A stretch of DNA of 64,000 bases, from assembly GCF_009914755.1 (NCBI RefSeq), contig NC_060939.1; one strand, written 5' to 3'. The translations under genes and the position numbers were made by a program. This document shows positions 27,901 through 37,766 of this stretch, piece by piece. Every line of letters starts with the position of its first letter. Positions within the stretch are counted from its first letter, which is position 1. The notes under the pieces are model-generated. The model searched no databases. It had not been told where the DNA came from and saw only the letters and a program-made list of their open reading frames with translations. This stretch comes from the human T2T-CHM13v2.0 reference genome, Homo sapiens.

Positions 27901-30900
27901 CATTTTGTTCCAGTCCATTCCTTTCGCGTCCATTCCATTCCATTTCACTCCATTCGATTCCATTCCACTCGATTCCACTTCGTTCCATTTCATTGCATTC
28001 CATTCTATTCAACTCTATTGCCTTCCATTCCATTCCATTCGATTACATTCTATGCGATTCCATTCGAAATCGAATCAATTACATTGCAATCCATTACTAT
28101 TGAGTCCGTTTTATTCCAGTCCACTGCATTCTGGTCCATTCCATTTGATTCCATTCCATTCTATTCCATTCCATACAGTTGCATTCCATTGGATTCCATG
28201 CTATATCTATAAATTCAATTCGAGACCATTGCTTTTGAGTCCATTCTGTATGATTCCATTCCATTCAAGTCCATTACATTTGGTTCAATTCCATTCCATT
28301 CCATTCCCTTCCATTCCATTCCATTTGATATCAATCCATTCGATTCCATTCCATTCGAGCACATTCCATTCGAGTCCATTCCATTCGATGCCATTCCATT
28401 TCATTCTATTCCATTAGTCTCCATTCAATTCCATTAATCTCCATTCCATTCCATTCTACTCCAACTGATTCCATTCCATTCTATTCCTTTCCATTCCATT
28501 TCATTCCATTCCATTCCATTTCATTCCATTCCATTCCATTCGTGTCCATTCCACTCCAGTCCATTCCATTCGTGTCCATTCCATTACAGTCCATTCCATT
28601 TGTGTCCACTGCATTCCATTCCACTCCATTCCATATTATTCCATTACACTCCATTCCATTCTATTACTTTCATTTCCATTCAATTCCATTCCATTTGATT
28701 CCATTCCACTCGGTTTCATTCCATTTGAGTCCACTCCATTCCATTCCATTGCATTCCATTCAGTTCCATTCCATTCTGTTCCATTCCATTCCGTTCCATT
28801 ACATTCCATTCCATTCGGTACCATTCCATATTGTTCCATTCGATTCCATTCGAATCCATTCCATTCCAGTCCATTCCATTCGATTCCATTCCATTCATTT
28901 CAATTCCATTCCATTCCATTCCATTACATTCCACTTGATTCCTCTCCATTCCCTTCCACTGCATTCCGTTCGATTCCATTCCATTGCATTGCATTCCATT
29001 CCATTGGATTGCATTCCATTCGATTCCATTCCATTCGAATCAATTACATAGCAATCCATTACATTCGAGTCTATTCTATTCCGTTCCATTCGATTTCGTT
29101 CCAATCCATTCGATTCCATTCCATTCGATTCCATTCCATACTATTGCATTCCATTCGATTACATTATCTTCGAATAAGTTCCATTCAAGACCATTTCTTT
29201 TGAGTCCATTCTATTTGAGTCCATTCCCTTTGATTCCATAACATTTGAGTCCATTCAATTCCATTCCTTTCGTTTCCATTCCATTTGATGCCATTCCATT
29301 CAATTCTGTTCTACTCGACTCCAATACATTCAATTCCATTCCATCCGATTCCATTACATTCTTTTCATTTCTTATCCATTTCAAGCCATTCCACTCCATT
29401 CCATTCCACTCGTTTCCTTTCCATTCGAGTCCATTCCTCTCCAGTCCATTCCGTTCAATCCATTCCATTCCAGTCCATTCCATTCGAGTCCGTTCCATTC
29501 CAGTCCATTCCATTCGAGTCAATTCCATTCCATTCGATGTCTTTCCATAACGATCCATTCCATTCTATTCCTTTCGATTCCATTCCATTCTATTTCATTC
29601 CATTCGATTCCCTTCCATTGGACTCCTTTCCATTCGAGTGCATTCCATTCCGTTCCATTTCTTTCCGTTCTGTACGATTCCTACCGTTCGATTTCATTTT
29701 GTTCCAGTCCATTCCTTTCGCGTCCATTCCATTCCATTTCACTCCATTCGATTCCATTCCACTCGATTCCACTTCGTTCCATTTCATTGCATTCCATTCT
29801 ATTCAACTCTATTGCCTTCCATTCCATTCCATTCGATTACATTCCATGCGATTCCATTCGAAATCGAATCAATTACATTGCAATCCATTACTATTGAGTC
29901 CGTTTTATTCCAGTCCACTGCATTCTGGTCCATTCCATTTGATTCCATTCCATTCTATTCCATTCCATACAGTTGCATTCCATTGGATTCCATGCTATAT
30001 CTATAAATTCAATTCGAGACCATTGCTTTTGAGTCCATTCTATATGATTCCATTCCATTCAAATCCATTACTTTTGGTTCAATTCCATTCCATTCCATTC
30101 CCTTCCATTCCATTCCATTTGATATCAATCCATTCGATTCCATTCCATTCGAGCACATTCCATTCGAGTCCATTCCATTCGATGCCATTCCATTTGATTC
30201 TATTCCATTAGTCTCCATTCAATTCCATTAATCTCCATTCCATTCCATTCTACTCCAACTGATTCCATTCCATTCTATTCCTTTCCATTCCATTTCATTC
30301 CATTCCATTCCATTTCATTCCATTCCATTCCATTCGTGTCCATTCCACTCCAGTCCATTCCATTCGTGTCCATTCCATTCCAGTCCATTCCATTTGTGTC
30401 CACTGCATTCCATTCCACTCCATTCCATATTATTCCATTACACTCCATTCCATTCTATCACTTTCATTTCCATTCAATTCCATTCCATTTGATTCCATTC
30501 CACTCGGTTTCATTCCATTTGAGTCCACTCCATTCCATTCCATTGCATTCCATTCAGTTCCATTCCATTCTGTTCCATTCCATTCCGTTCCATTACATTC
30601 CATTCCATTCGGTACCATTCCATATTGTTCCATTCGATTCCATTCGAATCCATTCCATTCCAGTCCATTCCATTCGATTCCATTCCATTCATTTCAATTC
30701 CATTCCATTCCATTCCATTACATTCCACTTGATTCCTCTCCATTCCCTTCCACTGCATTCCGTTCGATTCCATTCCATTGCATTGCATTCCATTCCATTG
30801 GATTGCATTCCATTCGATTCCATTCCATTCGAATCAATTACATAGCAATCCATTACATTCGAGTCTATTCTCTTCCGTTCCATTCGATTTCGTTCCAATC

Positions 30901-32458
30901 CATTCGATTCCATTCCATTCGATTCCATTCCATACTATTGCATTCCATTCTATTACATTATATTCGAATAAGTTCCATTCAAGACCATTTCTTTTGAGTC
31001 CATTCTATTTGAGTCCATTCCCTTTGATTCCATAACATTTGAGTCCATTCAATTCCATTCCTTTCGTTTCCATTCCATTTGATGCCATTCCATTCAATTC
31101 TGTTCTACTCGACTCCAATACACTCAATTCCATTCCATCCGATTCCATTACATTCTTTTCATTTCTTATCCATTTCAAGCCATTCCACTCCATTCCATTC
31201 CACTCGTTTCCTTTCCATTCGAGTCCATTCCTCTCCAGTCCATTCCGTTCAATCCATTCCATTCCAGTCCATTCCATTCGAGTCCGTTCCATTCCAGTCC
31301 ATTCCATTCGAGTCAATTCCATCCCATTCGATGTCTTTCCATAACGATCCATTCCATTCTATTCCTTTCGATTCCATTCCATTCTATTTCATTCCATTCG
31401 ATTCCCTTCCATTGGACTCCTTTCCATTCGAGTGCATTCCATTCCTTTCCATTTCTTTCCGTTCTGTACGATTCCTACCGTTCGATTTCATTTTGTTCCA
31501 GTCCATTCCTTTCGCGTCCATTCCATTCCATTTCACTCCATTCGATTCCATTCCACTCGATTCCACTTCGTTCCATTTCATTGCATTCCATTCTATTCAA
31601 CTCTATTGCCTTCCATTCCATTCCATTCGATTACATTCCATGCGATTCCATTCGAAATCGAATCAATTACATTGCAATCCATTACTATTGAGTCCGTTTT
31701 ATTCCAGTCCACTGCATTCTGGTCCATTCCATTTGATTCCATTCCATTCTATTCCATTCCATACAGTTGCATTCCATTGGATTCCATGCTATATCTATAA
31801 ATTCAATTCGAGACCATTGCTTTTGAGTCCATTCTATATGATTCCATTCCATTCAAGTCCATTACATTTGGTTCAATTCCATTCCATTCCATTCCCTTCC
31901 ATTCCATTCCATTTGATATCAATCCATTCGATTCCATTCCATTCGAGCACATTCCATTCGAGTCCATTCCATTCGATGCCATTCCATTTGATTCTATTCC
32001 ATTAGTCTCCATTCAATTCCATTAATCTCCATTCCATTCCATTCTACTCCAACTGATTCCATTCCATTCTATTCCTTTCCATTCCATTTCATTCCATTCC
32101 ATTCCATTTCATTCCATTCCATTCCATTCGTGTCCATTCCACTCCAGTCCATTCCATTCGTGTCCATTCCATTCCAGTCCATTCCATTTGTGTCCACTGC
32201 ATTCCATTCCACGCCATTCCATATTATTCCATTACACTCCATTCCATTCTATTACTTTCATTTCCATTCAATTCCATTCCATTTGATTCCATTCCACTCG
32301 GTTTCATTCCATTTGAGTCCACTCCATTCCATTCCATTCCATTCCATTCAGTTCCATTCCATTCTGTTCCATTCCATTCCCTTCCATTACATTCCATTCC
32401 ATTCGGTACCATTCCATATTGTTCCATTCGATTCCATTCGAATCCATTCCATTCCAGT

Positions 32459-32481
32459 CCATTCCATTCGATTCCATTCCA
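32459..32481 (+). other. Junction between the 1.8-kb and 3.5-kb domains (23-bp shared sequence)
   Basis: CCATTCCATTCGATTCCATTCCA is preceded by 1.8-kb-unit context (...CCAGT) and followed by 3.5-kb-unit context (ATAGATTCC...). Intact 1.8-kb units continue with TTCATTTC, and intact 3.5-kb units such as the one at ~35900 are preceded by ...CAAA. Confidence 0.88.
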
Positions 32482-35400
32482 ATAGATTCCATTGCACTCG
32501 AATCCAGTGCGTTCCATTCCATTGCTTTCCATTCTATTACATTCCATTGCATTCCATTCCATTCCATTTGATTGCATTCCATTCAATTCCATTAATTTCG
32601 AATCAATTACATTGCAATCCATTGCATTCGAGTTCTATTCCAGTCCATTGCATTCCGGCGCATGCCGTTCCATTCCATTCCATTCGCTTCCGTTCCATTC
32701 GAATCGATTGCATTGCAATGCTTTACATTCGAGTCCGTTTTATTCCAGTCCAATCCATTCCGGTCCATTCCGTTCGATTCCATTCCATTCGATGCCACTC
32801 CATACTATTGTATTTCATTCGATTCCATTCTATTCAAATAAATTCCATTCGAGACCATTCCTTTCGAGTCCATTCTATTTGAGTCCATTCCATTCGAGTC
32901 CATTATATTTGGGTCCATTCCATTCAATTCCATTGCAATCCATTCCAGTCGATGTCACTCCATTCATTTCTATTCCATTAGAGTCCATGTCATTCGAGTC
33001 CATTCCATTCTATTCTATTCCACTCCATTTCATTCCATTCCACTCTATTCCATTCGTTGCCGTTCCATTCAATTCTATTATATTCCACTCCATTTACTTC
33101 CATTCCATTCTATCCAATTCCGTTCCATTCTATTCCTTTAAAGTCCATTCCATTCCATTCCATTCGTTTCCATTCCATTCGAGTAAAGTCCACTCCAGTC
33201 CTTTCCATTCGAGTCCATCCCTCTCCAGTCCATTCCGTTCAATCCATTCCATTCCAGTCCATTCCATTCGAGTCCGTTCCATTCCAGTCCATTCCATTCG
33301 AGTCAATTCCATTCCATTCGATATCTTTCCATAACGATCCATTCCATTCTATTCCTTTCGATTCCATTCAATTCCATTCTTTCTATTTCATTCCATTCGA
33401 TTCCCTTCCATTGGACTCCTTTCCATTCGAGTGCATTCCATTCCGTTCCATTTCTTTCTGTTCTGTATGATTCCTACCGTTCGATTTCATTTTGTTCCAG
33501 TCTATTCCTTTCAAGTCCATTCCATTCCATTTCACTCCATTCGATTCCATTCCACTCGATTCCACTCCGTTGCATTTCACTGCATTCCATTCTATTCAAT
33601 TCTATTGCATTCCATTCCATTCCATTTGATTACATTCCATGCGATTCCATTCGAATTCGAATCAATTACATTGAAATCCATTACTATTGAGTCCGTTTTA
33701 TTCCAGTCCACTCCATTCTGCTCCATTCCATTTGATTCCATTCCATTCTATTCCATTCCGTACAGTTGCGTTCCATTGAATTCCATTCTATATCTATAAA
33801 TGCAACTTGAGACCATTGCTTTTGAGTCCATTCTATATGATTCCATTCCATTCAAGTCCATTACATTTGGTTCAATTCCATTCCATTCCATTCCCTTCCA
33901 TTCCATTCCATTTGATATCAATCCATACGATTCCATTCCATTCGAGCACATTCCATTCGAGTCCATTCCATTCGATGCCATTCCATTTGATTCTATTCCA
34001 TTAGACTCCATTCAATTCCATTAATCTCCATTCCATTCCATTCTACTCCAACTGATTCCATTCCATTCTATTCCTTTCCATTCCATTCCATTCCATTCCA
34101 TTCGCTTCCATTCCATTCGTGTCCATTCCACTCCAGTCCATTCCATTCGTGTCCATTCCATTCCAGTCCATTCCATTTGTGTCCACTGCATTCCATTCCA
34201 CTCCATTCCATATTATTCCATTACACTCCATTCCATTCTATTACTTTCATTTCCATTCAGTTCCATTCCATTTGATTCCATTCCACTCGTTTTCACTCCA
34301 TTTGAGTCCATTCCATTCCATTCCATTCCATTCCATTCCATTCCATTCTGTTCCATTCCATTCCATTCCATTCCATTGGGTACCATTCCATATTGTCCCA
34401 TTCGATTCCATTCGAATCCATTCCATTCCAGTCCATTCCATTCGATTCCATTCCATTCCATTCGATTCCACTTGATTCCACTCCATTCCCTTCCACTGCA
34501 TTCCATTCGATTCCATTCCATTGCATTGCATTCCATTCCATTGGATTGCATTCCATTCGATTCCATTCCATTCGAATCAATTACATAGCAATCCATTACA
34601 TTCGAGTCTGTTCTATTCCGTTCCATACGATTTCGTTCCAATCCATTCGATTCCATTCCATTCGATTCCATTCCATACTATTGCATTCCATTCGATTAAA
34701 TTATACTCGAATAAATTCCATTCAAGACCATTTCTGTTGAGTCCATTCTACTTGAGTCCATTCCCTTTGATTCCATAACATTTGAGTCCTTTCAATTCCA
34801 TTCCTTTCGGTCCATTCCATTTGATGCCATTCCATTCAATTCTGTTCTACTCGACTCCAGTACATTCAATTCCATTCCATCCGGTTACATTACATTCTTT
34901 TCATTTCTTATCCATTTCAAGCCATTCCATTCCATTCCATTCCATTCCACTCGTTTCCTTTCCATTCGAGTCCATTCCACTCCAGTCCATTCCATTCGAA
35001 TCCATTTCACTCCAATCTATTCCATTCGAATCCATTTCACTCCAGTCCATTAAATTCGAGTACATTCCATTCCATTCTATTCAATGCCATTCCATTCGAT
35101 TCTATTCCATTCGACACCATTCCTTTCCATTCCGTTCCATCCGATTCCATTCAATTCCATTCCATTGCATTCCATTCGTTTCCATTACATTCGAATTCAT
35201 TCCACTCAAGTCCATTCCATTCGAGTCCATTCCATTCGATATCATTCCATACTATTGAATTCCATTCGATTCCATTGTTTTCGAATAAATTCCAACCGAG
35301 ACCATTCCTTTCGTGTCCATTCTATTTGACTGCATTCCATTTGAGTCCATTAAATTTCTGCACATTCCATTCCTTTCCATTCCATTCCATTCCATTCCTT

Positions 35401-37635
35401 TCGGTGCCATTCCATTCCACTCTAATCCATTCAAGTCCATTCCATTTGAGTCCATTCCATTGATTCGATGCCATTACATTCAATTCTATTCCATTCGACT
35501 CCATTGCATTCCATTCCCTTCCAAACGATTCCATTCCATTCTATTACTTTCTATTCCAATCCATTCCATTCCGTTCCATTCGTTTCCATTCCATTCGAGT
35601 CCACTCCATTCCAGTCCATTCCATTCGATTCCATTCCATTCCAGTCCATTCCATTGAAGTCCATTCCACTGCATTCCATTCCATTCGATATCCTTCGATA
35701 ACACCCCATTCCATTCTGCTCCTTACTATTCAATTCAATTCCATTCCATTTGATTACATTCCATTCGACTCCATTCCATTCGACTCTATTCCATTCGAGT
35801 CCATTCCATTCGAGTCCATTCCATTCCATTCCATTGCATTCCGTTCCAATCCCTATTCCATTCCATTTTGTTACTGTCCATTCCATTTGAGTCCATTCCA
35901 TGCCAAACCATTCCATTCGATTCCATTCCAATAGATTCCATTGCACTCGAATCCAGTGCGTTCCATGCCATTGCTTTCCATTCTATTACATTCCATTGCA
36001 TTACATTCCATTCCATTTGATTGCATTCCATTCAATTCCATTAATTTCGAATCAATTACATTGCAATCCATTGCATTCGAGTTCTATTCCAGTCCATTGC
36101 ATTCCGGCGCATGCCGTTCCATTCCATTCCATTCGATTCCATTCCATTCGAATCCATTGCATTTCAATGTGTTACATTCGAGTCCGTTTTATTCCAGTCC
36201 AATCCATTCCGGTCCATTCCGTTCGATTCCATTCCATTCGATGCCACTCCATACTATTGTATTTCATACGATTCCATTCTATTCAAATAAATTCCATTCG
36301 AGACCATTCCTTTCGAGTCCATTCTATTTGAGTCCATTCCATTCGAGTCCATTATATTTGGGTCCATTCCATTCAATTCCATTACAATCCATTCCATTCG
36401 ATGTCACTCCATTCGTTTCTATTCCATTAGAGTCCATGTCATTCGAGTCCATTCCATTCTATTTTTTCCACTCCATTCCATTCCATTCCACTCCATTCCA
36501 TTCGTTGCCATTCCATTCAATTCTATTATATTCCACTCCATTTAATTCCATTCCATTCCATTCCATTCCATTCTATCCAATTCCGTTCCATTCTATTCCT
36601 TTAAAGTCCATTCCATTCCATTCCATTCGTTTCCATTCCATTCGAGTAAAGTCCACTCCAGTCCTTTCCATTCGAGTCCATTCCTCTCCAGTCCATTCCG
36701 TTCAATCCATTCCATTCCAGTCCATTCCATTCGAGTCCGTTCAATTCCAGTCCGTTCCATTCGACTCAATTCCATTCCATTCGATATCTTTCCATAACGA
36801 TCCATTCCATTCTATTCCTTTCGATTCCATTCAATTCCATTCCATTCTATTTCATTCCATTCGATTCCCTTCCATTGGACTCCTTTCCACTCGAGTGCAT
36901 TCCATTCCGTTCCATTTCTTTCTGCTCTGTATGATTCCCACCGTTCGATTTCATTTTGTTCCAGTCTATTCCTTTCACGTCCATTCCATTCCATTTCACT
37001 CCATTCGATTCCATTCCACTCGATTCCCCTCCGTTCCATTTCATTGCATTCCATTCTATTCAATTCTATTGCATTCCGTTCCATTCCATTTGATTATATT
37101 CCATGCGATTCCATTCGAATTCGAATCAATTACATTGCAATCCATTACTATTGAGTGCGTTTTATTCCAGTCCACTCCATTCTGGTCCATTCCATTTGAT
37201 TCCATTCCATTCTATTCCATTCCGTACAGTTGCATTCCATTGGATTCCATTCTATATCTATAAATTCAATTCGAGACCATTGATTTTGAGTCCGTTCTAT
37301 ATGATTCCATTCCATTCAAGTCCATTACATTTGGTTCAATTCCATTCCATTCCATTCCCTTCCATTCCATTCCATTTGATATCAATCCATTCGAATCCAT
37401 TCCATTCGAGCACATTCCATTCGAGTCCATTCCATTCGATGCCATTCCTTTTGATTCTATTCCATTAGTCTCCATTCAATTCCATTAATCTCCATTCCAT
37501 TCCATTCTACTCCAACTGATTCCATTCCATTCTATTCCTTTCCATTCCATTTCATTCCATTCCATTCCATTCGCTTCCATTCCATTCGTGTCCATTCTAC
37601 TCCAGTCCATTCCATTCGTGTCCATTCCATTCCAG

Positions 37636-37766
37636 TCCATTCCATTTGTGTCCACTGCATTCCATTCCACTCCATTCCATATTATTCCATTACACTCCAT
37701 TCCATTTGTGTCCACTGCATTCCATTCCACTCCATTCCATATTAATCCATTACACTCCATTCCATT
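37636..37766 (+). repeat. 60-bp local tandem duplication unique to one 3.5-kb unit
   Basis: TCCATTCCATTTGTGTCCACTGCATTCCATTCCACTCCATTCCATATTA(T/A)TCCATTACAC occurs at 37636 and 37696 with one mismatch. Other units have a single copy. Confidence 0.9.

Larger units (their letters stand above)
1..32481 (+). repeat. ~1.8-kb KpnI higher-order repeat domain (about 18 units, modal 1,794 bp); D15Z1-like
   Basis: One GGTACC per unit at 84, 1867, 3671, 5480, 7274, 9068, 10862, 12656, 14450, 16259, 18053, 19847, 21641, 23435, 25229, 27023, 28817, 30611, 32405. Spacings are 1783, 1804, 1809, 1794x5, 1809, 1794x9. The ORF track repeats with the same period. The period is directly seen. The D15Z1/chr15p identity is inferred from the known 1.8-kb KpnI satellite III and is less certain (~0.6). 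Confidence 0.93.

Noticed and set aside
35941-37263. 440-aa ORF, plus the recurrent 308-aa and other + strand ORFs
   Set aside because: (CATTC)n has no stop codon in any frame, so long HSIPF-repeat ORFs arise by default. Many start at TTG/GTG, none shows a domain, and frames break freely between units (e.g. the 1-bp deletion at ~1097).
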